Part shown: positions 20,467 through 33,100 of the stretch, in pieces
Numbering within the stretch: the first letter of the stretch is position 1
Layout: each line of letters opens with the position of its first letter
From: Takakia lepidozioides
Lineage: Eukaryota > Plantae > Bryophyta
Assembly: GCA_030704615.1 (NCBI GenBank)
Contig: CM060731.1
Coordinates: 36,766,001 to 36,830,000 of the forward strand
DNA length: 64,000 nt
Reading direction: 5' to 3'
The notes under the pieces: generated by a model
Database searches by the model: none
What the model was told of the DNA's origin: nothing
Seen by the model: the letters and a program-made list of their open reading frames with translations, nothing else
Made by a program: the position numbers and the translations under genes

Positions 20467-20607
20467 GAAGCTTACCAGAACTACATCGACAAAGACATGC
20501 CACTCAGTGCCTACTATGGCTCAAATCTCAACACTCTCATTGCAGACAAGAAGAAGTGGGATTCTAATAATATCTTCAACTTCCCCCAGAGTATCCCTCT
20601 TAGCTAA
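20467..20607 (+). pseudogene. C-terminal fragment of a berberine-bridge-enzyme-like (BBE) FAD oxidase
   Basis: My translation (not in the ORF track): EAYQNYIDKDMPLSAYYGSNLNTLIADKKKWDSNNIFNFPQSIPLS*, matching the BBE C-terminal pattern AYxNY.D...YYG.N...L...K.K.DP.N.F..PQSIP. Confidence 0.8.
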
Positions 20608-20945
20608 TTTCTAAATCATCTCATATCTCAAGGCTTTCCACAGCCCAAACATCCTGCTTTGAGGGCTGTTGGAATGTACACACGTGATGTAACTATTTGG
20701 TTGTCTGTGTGTATATATAGCTATATGGGGCGAGGACTTCTGCGATTATATTTGTGGGTGCTTTCCTGCATATTATGTCATCGACTGTCAGCTTATGACT
20801 AGCTTTGTCTCCTGGTAACACATTCTTACCTGAGTGCGATTCGGATGCGAGTAAGGGCTTGGTTGGATCTTGAGCAAAATGGCTCTACTGGATTTCTGTG
20901 TGTACATATATAGCCTCAGAGGGGCTACTCCTTATCAATTTGGTA

Positions 20946-21045
20946 GACACGTGAGATAAAATGGTATTTTCCTGGGGGGGTAATAATTTAATTTTTTGGT
21001 TTTTTCTACACCCTATAATTATGTAATTTTCTAATATACAATTTT
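20946..21045. repeat. AT-rich dispersed repeat; inverted diverged copy at ~42875-42962
   Basis: Reverse complement aattatagggtgtagaaaaaaaccaaaaaattaaattattaccccccaggaaaataccattttatctcacgtgtc vs aattataggatataaaaaatacccaaaataaatgcaatacccctacaaaatacccatttatctcatgtgcc. Confidence 0.55.
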
Positions 21046-23959
21046 TTTGAGTAGGCTATTTTTTTAATATTCAGCAGCGACCATGAATATATGATATGCT
21101 ATATGAATATAAATATAAAAAAAACTTTACAAAGCAAAAACTTGTGTTTTTACATTCCTTCATTTTAGGGTTATTGAATTCTGCTAAGGTACTGGGGGGT
21201 AACATTATGTCATATCTTGCTATGACTACACTCAGACCATGAACAAGTCTATATCAAGGGTATTGTTGCACCACAACAATGCTGAAGTGGGGTCTGTTTC
21301 TAAATGAGAATTAACAAGGGACACACTCTACTTCCAATGATGACAGCTGCAGGGAAGAACCATCTAGATATCTCTTTATGAAATATGGCATTGGCATATA
21401 GCAAGGGATGCATTGATAGTTGAATAGGAAGGCCAGTCGTCAGAGAGAAAAGAAATAGATTGGAAGGGGAGAACATCGTGGCATATACAATTATACCTAT
21501 TCATCATGGATCTAAGTAATCAAACAGCTTAACCCTAGCTCCGCCCACACTTTACACTGTAGGCATGGTCATGCTTCTCTGGTCAATGAACAATTAGCTA
21601 ACTAACTACAAATGGGTTTTTGCCCATTTCTTTTCACACTACACATCCATACATTCCTTGACACGTGTCATTCAAAAATACCTCCACCCTATGAGTAATT
21701 CTAAATAAAATGTAATTGGAGCCTTTAACCTCTACCCTATATTCATTTAAATGCTCTCGCCTATATTTCTCATACCCTATATTACTTTGAAAAATGTTCT
21801 AATTTTTACTTGTAGAGAATAAATGACACCCTATATTTTTTTTGCACGTTAGGTGGTAATTTTTTGGAAGTGGATCCCCTAGGTGTACAGGGTGGTCTTT
21901 TGAACTTAAATTTGTGGGTGCTTTCCGGTGTGTCTTCAACTGTTGTGGTCAGCTTGTGACTACTTTTGTCTCCTTTTTTGAAAGGTCTTGGTCACACAAT
22001 CTCCTGACCCACAAAACATGCTTGCCATGCACACTGTGTTTCCAGTCTGTTGAGTTGTTGTTGTGTGTATCAATTTTAAGTCCCATGTGAATGAAACTTT
22101 ATGGATATAATGGATCTTCTTGTCTCGTCTTTTTCCAGGTAGCAGTTTCCAAGAGTCGGTCAAACTTTCCACCTCTCTTTGCTCTGGTCTGTTCTTTAGA
22201 TTACTGGAAGTGATTCTTTGTTGTGCTTTTGGAATGCAGGTTTGTGACAAACCTGGTCTGGGTTTGGAGCTGGGTACATTCCCACATAATATGCACTAGG
22301 GTGACCCTGCTTTCCCTTCGGTCATCCATTTTTCCATTGACTATGGGGACTGCGTCCATTCTCTACAAGACTTATCATTTGTCTTGCCTTGTTGGTTTGC
22401 TGCTTTTCACTGCAATTTGATATACTGAGCTTGGGTGTCGTTGTTACAGCAACAATTGGATGTTCTACTGCTAGTAAATGCCATCTGAGTGACCAAAACT
22501 TGCCGAACTTGAGATTGGTTGGGTGCGTATTGAAAGGTGGAGCCAATAAGAATGGTGAAGGTGGAATGCTTTTAATGTTCAGTTTCTATGGCATCCCTTG
22601 AAATTTTGAATTTTTTTGTAAGACGGAAGGGTGGCTCTATCCCTTGTTCTTCAAATCATAATCAACAAAAACTGTTGTTGGATTCTTCTTTTGACAAAAG
22701 TTTTGTCATGTTATAATATATGGGAGAAGTAGATACTGTCCCCTAACTTTCCAGATGAAAATGGTGAGCACTTCGCTTGTGCCTTGTAACAAGTAGCAGC
22801 GTGCACCCCAAGTATCCAAGCACAGAAGTATGCAGTGGCTCAGGAGTATATGGATAATCTTGTCATGCATGCTCTCCATAGATGTCGTCTTGTTTTTTTT
22901 ATGCCTCACAAATCTGACTGAAAATTCAAGAAAGTGCAACCCCTTTTGTGTAGCTATGCAGTGGCAGGTACTAAGAGTGAGGGCAGCAGTACAACCAGTG
23001 AATGCGTTGCAATTACCAAACCCTTTTTGTCACCCTTGGTTCAAGGTCTTTGGGAACATCTGTGTAGGTGTTCGAGTTCAACAGTGTTCAGAAAAGGTGT
23101 ACGTGGTGCTCTTCTGGTGGGTCTTGAGGGTGGAGACAATAAGCTGAAGGTGGAATGCCACAGTGTTGCCGCAACCTGCCCATGCCTACTGCTTTCAAGT
23201 CCCAAAGTATTTTGACAACCCAAACTGGCACATCCCTAGTCTAAAACCGTCACAAAAATTGAGACAAATCTACCAACGGAATTACGAACATTTATTGTGT
23301 TGAGCTCAGTCACAATCTTTTTGGTAGCAGGCCATTGTCTTCAACTAAGTCCCATCTAGCATATGATCTAACTTGCTGGCTTTCTTCATATCCTGCAAGC
23401 ATCGACTCGAGCTAGTGCCTTCATCCTCCATGGCTATGGGCATGTCAAGACATTGTGCGTGGAGCTGCAAGTCCTTATGGCCAAGCATACCTTTCACCTC
23501 CATGAAGACTTTGGTGGGTACTGGGTACTGGACTCCAGACTGCATTGTCCTTTAAGTGGTGATGGGCGCTGTGACGGCTGTGCATATGTCCCTTCAGTGG
23601 CTTTCCTTTTCTATGCTTAAACTGGATGTCTTAAAGACAACTGCTATTACCAGAGAAAGGGCAGGGTTGTGATAAGAGGAGAAAAGGAATCTTCTGCTCA
23701 TGTACTTATTTGTATGCAATGGAGCTCTATCCAGGTGTGGGGTATACTTAGGATGGCAAACCCGAACCTGATGGCTGGTTGGCTGCTATCGCTGCCTCTG
23801 CGGAGCTCATGACCAGTAGAGCACCCTCAACCTTACCGAATTCCGCATATGTCTTCATCCGATAAGCCTCTGTCCCCTCCTGCATGACCACGACACATCG
23901 GAAGAATCTAATGTGCTTGATATAAATTGCGTTGGTCTTGTGGCTTGGCAGGAACAGCC

Positions 23960-24682
23960 TGCAGTGGTGTTGACCAATGGACTTGTCGTAGAGCTCTCTC
24001 GCCTGCTCATTCCCCAATACCCGAGGTCATACGCTTTCAATTCAATGTGAAGCTCAGCGTGAGCTTCCACCGAGGTATTTACCACGTATCCCATATTCCA
24101 CCCCTTTCAGCACATGAAGATTTAGGATCATTTTTGGGTTATCGACGTGTTCACCAAGTTTTACGAGCTCAGATGTGAGACCCAGATTACTCCCTGCAGC
24201 CCCTAGCTGGGTACTGGGATGGATCCACTGAACACATATACGCACACACGACATCTGAGTTATCCCAACCTCTATATACATCCCTCTCCAGATACACAGC
24301 CCTGAGTCACGAGTAGAACAGATCCTGGTGGGTGCAATAATGGATCTTGACTTCCAAAAACAACTGCTGCAAGAAAGTGGCCCAGAAGGAAGAAGCGCGC
24401 TCGAGGTGTAGCATATTGACGAAACTGAAAGATTAAAAAAAATTATGTACATGCTCCACAACCATCCCTGCTCTTGTCGGGATGACGAAGCAAAGCGTGC
24501 TTACGATATGATGTGCGGATGGTTGCTTGCGAAACTTCGCGTCCGCCTCCCTCCATCCCCAGCACTCGGTACACCCTTTCTGAGCTTCGAATCTCAACTG
24601 AAATCTTCACAAAGTAGGCGACACAATCGCTAGCAACCTTCTTAAGGCTGCTACGGGCCTGTATCTTTGTGTCTTCCAGCAA
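23960..24682 (-). pseudogene. DnaJ J-domain fragment
   Basis: VYRVLGMEG...SQATIRTSYRKHALLRHPDKSR contains the HPD motif. Downstream fragments ELKAYD and VLGNEQARELYDK lie in broken frames. Confidence 0.55.
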
Positions 24683-24713
24683 CCTTTATCATTAAGCTAA
24701 TCAAGTTCTCGGT

Positions 24714-27700
24714 TTGAATAGTTTGAGCACTATCTTTTCAATCCTCAAGCGGTTGTTCTTGATTCCTTTGAAAACATGCAGGACGTCTCGCGAGCGATCT
24801 ACCTGTCATGTGATCAAGATGAATTGCGTCATGCCCCTCTATCCAGAGCAGTCCGTGCGGGAGAAGCTGAGCTTCAGAGACTGTTTTTTATTATGGAATG
24901 AAGAGGAATATTCAGTCTGGAATCAGAGCCAGTCGTTTGTTGGGCATCAATGTCAGGTGAAGAGTACGAGTCTTGGCACGGTCACTAGCACCACTGCTTC
25001 TAACGGAGAGCGAAGAGGAAGACAAAGCAGCAAGGCTACTAGTGGAGTGAGTGGAGTGAGTGGGAACGCATTCACATTGTGCAAGGGGGCAGAATTGAAG
25101 GAGGCAGAATTGAAGGAGGCAATGCAGAATCTGGATATCATGGAGCAACGTGGCTTTCGTGCATATTTCGAGACATGTGCTCGCCTTCTGCAGGGATGTG
25201 CTAAAACGAAAGCTTTGGCAGTTGGCAAGGGGGTTCATGCCCACATTCTCAAAAGTGAATTCGAGCCAGACATTTTCGTTGGAAACACCCTTATCAGCAT
25301 GTATTGCAAGTGCGGGAGTGTGGTGCAGGCACGCCAAGTGTTTGACAAAATGCCCAAACGGAATGTGATCTCATGGAATGCAATGATTGCAGGATTAGCT
25401 CAGCAAGGTCATGGTGCAGAAGCATTCGACCTCTTTCGGCATATGCAACTAGAAGGAGTGAAACCTGACGAGGTTACATTTATTGGGATTCTCAATGCGT
25501 GCTCCCTCCCAGCAGCTCTGGAGCAGGGCAATTGGCTCCAAGCCTGCATCATCGCTGCTGGATTCGAGTCGGATACCCAAGTGGGGAATGCCCTTCTGAG
25601 CATGTATTGCAAGTGTGGGAGTGTGGCTCATGCGCTCCAAGTGTTTGATAAAATACCTAAGAGAAATGTAGTTTCATGGAATGCCATGATTGCAGGATTA
25701 GTTCAGCAAGGGCAAGGTGCAGAAGCATTCGAACTCTTTGCACGCATGCAAGGAGAAGGTGTGAAGCCTGACAAGGCCACTTTCATTAGCATCCTTAATG
25801 CTTGCACCAGCCCTCTAGCTCTGGAACAGGGCAAGCTGCTCCATGCAAGCATCATCAAAGCTGCTTTGGCGTCAGATATCCAGTTGGGGAATGCCCTTGT
25901 GAGCATGTATTGCAAGTGCGGAAATGTGGTGCATGCCTGTCAAGTGTTTGACAAAATGCCTAAGAGAAATGTGATCTCATGGAATGCGATGATTGCAGGA
26001 TTAACACAACAAGGGCATGGTGAGGAGGCGTTCAAACTTTTTCAGCAAATGCAACGAGAAGGTATGGAGCCAAACGAAATCACCTTCATGAGCATCCTGA
26101 ACGCGTGTACTACCCCAATAGCCTTGGAAAAGGGCAAGGGCCTCCATGCAGGGGTGATCAAAGCTGGATTTGAGTCAGATGTCAAAGTGGGAACTGCCCT
26201 TGTCAGCATGTATTGCAAATGCGGGAGTGTGCTGGATGCTCAGCAACTGTTCATCAAAATGCCCAAACGAAATGTGGTCTCATGGAATGCAATGATTGCA
26301 GGACTTGCTCAACATGGTCATGATGATGAGGCATTTGAACACTTTGGTCAAATGCAACAAGAGGGCATGAAACCAAACAAGAGCACATGTGTAAGCATCC
26401 TAAATGCATGTGGCAGTCCACTAGCCCTAGAACGTGGAAAGCAGCTCCATGCAGCCATCATCAGATCTGGATTTGATTCAGATGTCCAAGTGGGGACTGC
26501 CCTTGTCAGCATGTATTGCAAGTGTGCCAGTGTGCTCAGTGCACGCCAAGTTTTTGACAAGCTGCATGTGCGAGATGTGATCTCATGGAATGCTATGATT
26601 GCAGGATTAGCTCAGCATAGTCAAGATGAGGAGGCTTTTGAACTCTTTGGGCGAATGCAAAGTGAAGGCATGAAACCTGACGAGGTCACTTTCATTAGCA
26701 TTCTCAGCGTATGTGCCAGCCTAGCAGCCTTGGAAGAGGGAAAGCACATCCATGCTGACATTATCAAGTCTGGGTCTGAGTCAGATGTGCGAGTTGCTAA
26801 TGCTCTTGTTGACATGTATGCTAAGTGTGGGAGTCTGGAGGATGCACGAGTAGTGTTTAATAAAACCATCAAGCAAGACTTAATTTCGTGGAATAGTATG
26901 ATTATGGGCTATGCCCAGCATGGGGATGGTAAGGAGACGCTCCAGCTTTTTGAACAAATGCAACGGCAAGGGATGAAGCCAGACAAAATCACATTTGTTG
27001 GTGTCCTTTCTGCATGCAGCCATGTGGGTCTGGTCGATGAAGCCCGCTACTACTTCTGTTCCATAAGTCGAGATCACGGCATGGCCCCAACACAGGAGCA
27101 CTATGGCTGTATGGTAGACCTTCTTGGCCGCAGAGGGTGCTTGGATGAAGCAGAAGAAGTCATCAACAACATGCCACTTGAACCAGTTGCTTCGGTGTGG
27201 GGGGCATTGCTGGGTGCTTGCAGAATCCATGGCAACGTGGAGCTAGCAGAACGTGCATCTGAACATATTCTCAAGTTGGAACCTGAAAATGCTGCGGTGT
27301 ATGTGTTGCTTTCAAACATCTATGCAGTGGCTGGCAGATGGGATGATACAGCAAAGGTGAGGAAAGCGATGAAGGACAAAGGTGTGAAGAAGGACCCAGG
27401 ATGCAGCTGGATTGAGGTCAACAGAAGGGTGCATACATTTGTTGCAGAAGATATATCACACCCGCAAACCGAGGAAATCCATGCTGAGTTGGAGAGATTG
27501 AAAGGGTTGATGAAGGAGGCAGGCTATGTGCCAGAGACTCGCTTTGTCTTGCATGATGTGGATCAGCAGATGAAGGAACAGGCTCTGTGCCACCACAGTG
27601 AAAAGTTAGCTATTGCTTTTGGGCTCATCAGCACGCCACCTGGGACAGCTATCCGCATAATCAAGAATCTTCGGGTGTGTGGTGATTGCCACACTGCCAC

Positions 27701-27803
27701 CAAATTTATTGCCACAATTGTTGGACGAGAAATTGTTGCAAGGGATACCAACCGCTTTCATCACTTCAAGGATGGGGTTTGTTCTTGTGGGGATTATTGG
27801 TGA
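24714..27803 (+). CDS. PLS-class PPR protein with E1-E2-DYW domain (organellar C-to-U RNA editing factor)
   Basis: Intronless ORF with homogeneous P-L-S triplets, PG box (PGCSWIEV), HSEKLA...CGDCH and terminal DYW. The real start is probably a downstream ATG (e.g. ~24819). Confidence 0.96.
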   Translation: MNSLSTIFSILKRLFLIPLKTCRTSRERSTCHVIKMNCVMPLYPEQSVREKLSFRDCFLLWNEEEYSVWNQSQSFVGHQCQVKSTSLGTVTSTTASNGERRGRQSSKATSGVSGVSGNAFTLCKGAELKEAELKEAMQNLDIMEQRGFRAYFETCARLLQGCAKTKALAVGKGVHAHILKSEFEPDIFVGNTLISMYCKCGSVVQARQVFDKMPKRNVISWNAMIAGLAQQGHGAEAFDLFRHMQLEGVKPDEVTFIGILNACSLPAALEQGNWLQACIIAAGFESDTQVGNALLSMYCKCGSVAHALQVFDKIPKRNVVSWNAMIAGLVQQGQGAEAFELFARMQGEGVKPDKATFISILNACTSPLALEQGKLLHASIIKAALASDIQLGNALVSMYCKCGNVVHACQVFDKMPKRNVISWNAMIAGLTQQGHGEEAFKLFQQMQREGMEPNEITFMSILNACTTPIALEKGKGLHAGVIKAGFESDVKVGTALVSMYCKCGSVLDAQQLFIKMPKRNVVSWNAMIAGLAQHGHDDEAFEHFGQMQQEGMKPNKSTCVSILNACGSPLALERGKQLHAAIIRSGFDSDVQVGTALVSMYCKCASVLSARQVFDKLHVRDVISWNAMIAGLAQHSQDEEAFELFGRMQSEGMKPDEVTFISILSVCASLAALEEGKHIHADIIKSGSESDVRVANALVDMYAKCGSLEDARVVFNKTIKQDLISWNSMIMGYAQHGDGKETLQLFEQMQRQGMKPDKITFVGVLSACSHVGLVDEARYYFCSISRDHGMAPTQEHYGCMVDLLGRRGCLDEAEEVINNMPLEPVASVWGALLGACRIHGNVELAERASEHILKLEPENAAVYVLLSNIYAVAGRWDDTAKVRKAMKDKGVKKDPGCSWIEVNRRVHTFVAEDISHPQTEEIHAELERLKGLMKEAGYVPETRFVLHDVDQQMKEQALCHHSEKLAIAFGLISTPPGTAIRIIKNLRVCGDCHTATKFIATIVGREIVARDTNRFHHFKDGVCSCGDYW

Positions 27804-27943
27804 TGCAAAGTTCCAAGCAACAAATTTATTGAGGTCCCTAGCCAACTCCTGGCAAGCTTTTGAAGTCTAGCATCTTCCCATTCAGGGGTCACCCATACAT
27901 CCAGAAGGCTTTGATAAGAAGCTCCAGTCTTTCTACGGTAAGA

Positions 27944-27973
27944 ATCTCTTCTCTCTCTCTCTCTCTCGCTCTC
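27944..27973. repeat. (CT)n microsatellite
   Basis: tctcttctctctctctctctctcgctctc. Confidence 0.8.
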
Positions 27974-28356
27974 ACGACATCATAAAGTTCCTTTCGTTCT
28001 CTCCTTAAAACTCAAGGATGAGCACTAATGTAGTGTGGCTAATAATATTGTGGCTGAGAATCATCCCCGGGCTATGTTTTCCCCACTGATGATTCAAGAG
28101 AATGGAAAACTTTCAGTTTAGTAATCCCCTGGGCTTCTCTTCATTGGTATGAAGGCTACTGCAAGATTCATTCAAAGTGAATAACTTGTCTTTGGTGTAC
28201 CATGATTTGGTATTCTTCCCGATGTTTACAAGGTTCTTGGGGAGCCAGCTTGGTCTTAGCAGGCCGTGTTTCAATCTCTGCCTGCTCAGCTGCACCGTGG
28301 TGGTTCTCACAGACCTATCCGACATTACCTGACTACAGACATAAGCAGCACACACA

Positions 28357-29530
28357 AGAGGTCTTTTTGGGTTGATGGTCGGTCAAATCCTCCCTGCGTC
28401 ATGACACAAAGTCAAGGACAATGTGGTGAGGGCACCTTCTTCTTCGACCTATTTCAGCCTGTTTTGCCCTCTCATTAGACTCGGCCCTGAATTTGCATAG
28501 TGGATTGTGTCAGTTAGCTCGGTGGGGGGATTTGTGGTGGTTTGGAGTGACTTTGACAAGTCACTGCCGATGTGACAGCAGGAAAGTATCCAAAAACAGT
28601 TATCAGAGATGAGGAGAAGCTTTGGAATGAACACTTTCCGACCCCAGTCAATGGTGGGACAATGGAGACAAAAAGGTGAATGCCTGTTCGATTACAGAGA
28701 GAAGCAAATGCAATTCAGAATTGGAACTACTGTAATAAGTAGGGGTGTGGTGTTTGCTGGAAGAACTTCACGCCGTCAGTGTCAGCTGCTAGCCGCAAGG
28801 CTGAGGATGTATTCATGATTTGTACACAGGCAGGGATAGCTGAAGGACCCAGGATAGAGGTCCAGATCCATCCAAGAGGGCCGGATTTCAAACACAAGAT
28901 TACATCTGATTCTCTGTGGATCAATAGCTACAAGAAACCTGCGTGGGTAGATGGTCAACTGGAAACAGCAACGGCAGCAGCACAATTGATAGAACCAGGG
29001 ACTGCTAGTGAAGGCACCTTCTTCAACACATTTCAGCCTGTTTTCCCCTGTTATCAGAGTCGTCCCTAAATTTCCAGGTTGAATTCTGCAAGTTAGCTTG
29101 TTGGTGGATCTATGGTGTTTTGGAGTGATTTTGACATGTTACTGCCAATGTGGCAACAGGAAAGTATCGAAAAACAGATAACAGAGACAAGGAGAAGCTC
29201 TGGAATGAATATGTTTCTGACCGCAGTCAAGGGTGGAACAATCGAGTAAGAAAAAGGTGAATGCCTGCTGGAAGCGCTAGTCAGCATGGGAACTAGTGTG
29301 AGAAGTAGGGTTACGGTGTTTGCTAGAACAAATCTAGGGGGCCGGATTTCAAGCTCAAGATTACCTATGATTCCCTTTGGATGGATAGCTACAAGAAACC
29401 TGCATGGGTAGATGGTCAACGGGAAGCCGCGGCAGCAGTGGCACAATTGATAAGATCAGGCACTGCTAATGAAGGCACCTTCAACATATTTCACCCTATT
29501 TTTCCCTCTCATCAGAATCGGCCCTAAATT
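28357..29530 (+). repeat. Locally duplicated/triplicated degenerate sequence; another partial copy at ~42580-42705
   Basis: gaaggcaccttcttc...tttcagcctgttt...ccctaaattt at ~28428, ~29010 and ~29471. caggaaagtatc.aaaaacag.ta.cagaga at ~28579 and ~29157. aggtgaatgcctg at ~28675, ~29255 and ~42603. Confidence 0.75.
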
Positions 29531-30157
29531 TCCATGTTAGTATTTTTTTAAGTCGAGTAATAAGCGGACTTTTATAAATGAAACCTCTCATTTTACAATA
29601 ATTGGGACGTTTATAAATACCTTTATAGAACCCACCCTTGACAGGGAGCAATAGACAAACTGATGCAGCTCTTAGTTACCCTAGCTCTAGCTGGAATAAC
29701 TTTTTTTTAATGCACGGCAACCACCACAGACAAGTACTGAAAATACTTACACAAATGTTCAAAGGCCATACTTCACTTTAGTACTCATGGTTTTGCATCA
29801 TAGCAGAGACTCAGAATTCTACTGAGGGTGAAACTGCGTAACTCACAATCTGATTTCAAATTGGTGGATGGCCAACACCAATCATATGAAATTCATTAGT
29901 TCCTCAAAATGTCTGCAAACTTTAAATATGCCAGCTTGGTGGTAGGCCTAGACCAGAAGAGTAACTAGGGTACTTCAATGAAACCACTTGAGCTTCACTA
30001 TGAAACCCGCCCTTACAGGGCTCAATGTCCATGCCTGCAGAGCTGAGGTGCCTCAAAAAGGGTAGAATTTTCAACTGTGGTTGCGACTATGCCAAACTTC
30101 TGAATAGCAATCAACCCTTGATTCATAGATTATCAAAAGCAAGAGACTCAGAATTTA

Positions 30158-33100
30158 TTACTGTGCCCAATTCCTGAGAGACTTATGTGCAATCGCTGCC
30201 CAAACTTGGGCTTTAGCTTGTGTGTCAGAGCTGAGCCATGCTTTTTCGGCTCGTCTTTGATTCTGTCTCATGTTTTTGGCTCTCTTCGGTGCCAGACGTT
30301 CATCTCTGGAAGAAAATGCAAGGCGAAAGCGCTCCGCAACAGACAGTCCTAGTTTTTCCTCATCAATACCAGCTGGCTTTCGTGGCCTTAAGGAGGCTGT
30401 AACTGCCCAAGTCCTGGGGTCAATGTCCTCAATTAGCAGGTCATCAAGAACAATCCCAGGCTGAGCCTCTCGAGGAACAGATAGATGGAGGAAAGCCTTC
30501 CAAGAAGGAGTTGGATTTATAACAATTCGGGGACATTCAATTTCCAGCAACTCGGCAGACTTGCTATCGATGGAGGGCTGCACAACAGTCCAAAGTAACC
30601 AGGACTGAGTTTGCAAACTGAAAATGGCCATTTGTAGTCTACTTTCACTGCATGACACAACTGCCTACAATCCATGTTGTTGTGCAAACAGAAAGTACAG
30701 AAGCGTAGCTTACCCAGACTAGCCACCGTAGGAGGGCCTGAGCACCCTTGCCAACAGGCTTAGTGTCCAAATCTTCCCAGCTTTCTTTGGTTTCCTCGTT
30801 GTGGTCCAATCTTGGTAAAAAATAGCTGACAGACCCCCTTGCAGCCGCATTGCTCATTGATATTCCTCTGCATGCAGGCCAATTGGATTTTCCAGCCTTA
30901 GCCACACCTTGAAGCTCAGAAGGGTTGGATTGAGGCTATGGTCTCTACAAAAAACTGGAAGGTCTACATGAACTATATCTACAAAGTGGGTCGAATGCCA
31001 GAGTACCTATGCTTTCCAGCAGTATTAGTCCCCTCCAGATTTTTCCACTCTTTACCGATCTATCTAAAGCGGGCACAAAGGACCACAATGCTATAGCAGG
31101 CAAACTCTGAAGTGTTATCGTAGCATGGGTTCCAAATGGCAGGTACAGAACTCCTTTGACTCCAGCTAGACACAGTATTGATCACAGGGCTACCTGCACT
31201 GAATGAATGTTTTCCAAGTTGGCATTAATGCTGTTTTGCTGTGCTAAAACTCCAGGCTAAGTCACATACATCAAGCTCATATTCTAAGGGAGTCAATGCG
31301 AGGTAGCTCTGGTTATGCTGTTGATCACTGACTTAGACTCCCACATCTAATCCAAAAAACAAAAAAGAAGAAGCAGTGCACAACCCGTAAAATCTTGGCA
31401 GAATGTACTCATGAGACGGTGTTTTCTATAGCCATGTGGCTACAGACCCACGGAAAATAAAGAGAGATGAAAGATGACAAGGGCGTACCCACATCTGAGG
31501 GTTGTCAAAGAGGGGCAATGCTGAACCAATGCGCGCACTGAGCGGGGTGTCAGCTGACTGCATCGACTGAGTGGAGACAAGCCAAGCATACACCCGCATT
31601 GTTAAAACATAGTGCACCAGTTGAAACTCTGTAGGGATACCCAATGGAGTAATCACTAGAAACAGAACATCTATTCGCGATCATTTTAACTAATCACGTG
31701 AAGCAGAGCCCAGCAAAGCTTGCTAGCAGCGACTATAAACATCAGTCACGTTTCTCTCCATTTATCTATATGGGCTTCCTGCAGCCATAGTAAGACTCTT
31801 TTGGCTCGCAGTGCAAGCACAGAAAAATATGTTACATCGGCAACACATCTACGACTAGTGCCATTGATCCCTGGAATTGGCCGATCAAGAAGAATAGTAA
31901 GTACTGCCGAAAGATATTTGAACCAGAGGTATCAGCATATCGGAGGACATTACATCTCATCACCCAGACAGGAGGACCACAATCCGCCGAGCCTCCTGTA
32001 CAGGTCAGTTGACAATCCCTAGAACTGAATCTTTAGAAGGCATCATCCATATCCTTGCATTAATGACACCCCTCAACCTACCTTCATTCAAAAAGACCCA
32101 TGCCTTCACTGAACAAGAGCCAAGCTTAAGCAAAATGTCACCTGATTGGCTAACGGGTCCAAATTAGTCTGGGTATGCTCTGAGGGTTATAATGTTCCTT
32201 CGCAATGGCCTTCATTGAACAATGGCTGCTAAGAACTTGTATTGTGATAGGGTTTGGGATTGGCTCTGGTAGCTGGCAAACAACGTTGTTAACACAGAGG
32301 CTACAGTATCCTGCTGGAACCAACGCTAAACTTGATAGTATGAGATCATTGTCCTTGCATCAACAGTCAATGACAATTACTCAGCTTTTGTCCACCAGCT
32401 CATACCCAGCCTGAGACTGCTGGTGAAGATGACCTGCAACGGTTAACTCCACTAAGGGACTATGCCCTGAAACTACCCCATAGTGAACATCAAAAAGCAA
32501 GGCTAATGTGTAGTTCTCAAAATCTGCCACTTCTAGCAAATAACGTTTTCTGTACTTGGCACATAAAGACTGAAAGATGTACCTAATGTCAACGGCTTGC
32601 AACTGAGGGGACATATTGGCGACAGTCACCAAGCCAGTATCAGTCACATCAGAGCCCGACACATCAAGAATTTCCCAGGAATCATCTGCCAGAGCAATGA
32701 GAAGCTCATCGCACAGCAACCCCCTTCGACGTGCAATTGCCAGCAACTTGCCCTGCAAATTGCATAACCAAGTTAGAATGTCGATCAATCACACCCACAT
32801 CTCATTGTTCCACGGTTATGAAAGGTTGGCAATTGATGTTTAGCAGTTGACATCTATTGAAAGACCACCTCTATAAGCCTCACAAATCAATAGTTAAGTT
32901 GGAGCAGCTGAGAGACAACTTACCTTGATTGGAGCAGGGAAAGCTGGAGCAATTACATGTATGTCTTCAATTATTTCTTCCAGATGTCGCCCTAAATATC
33001 CTACACATAAACTCACTAAACTTCTGCACTGTTGGCCAGATTGTCGTGTGCTCTGTCCTGAAAAGGAACAGTCAAAAGTGAGAACATTGTGAAACGACCT

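Noticed and set aside
21960-23700. Short ORFs between the BBE fragment and the DnaJ fragment
   Set aside because: No recognisable domain or consistent exon chain.
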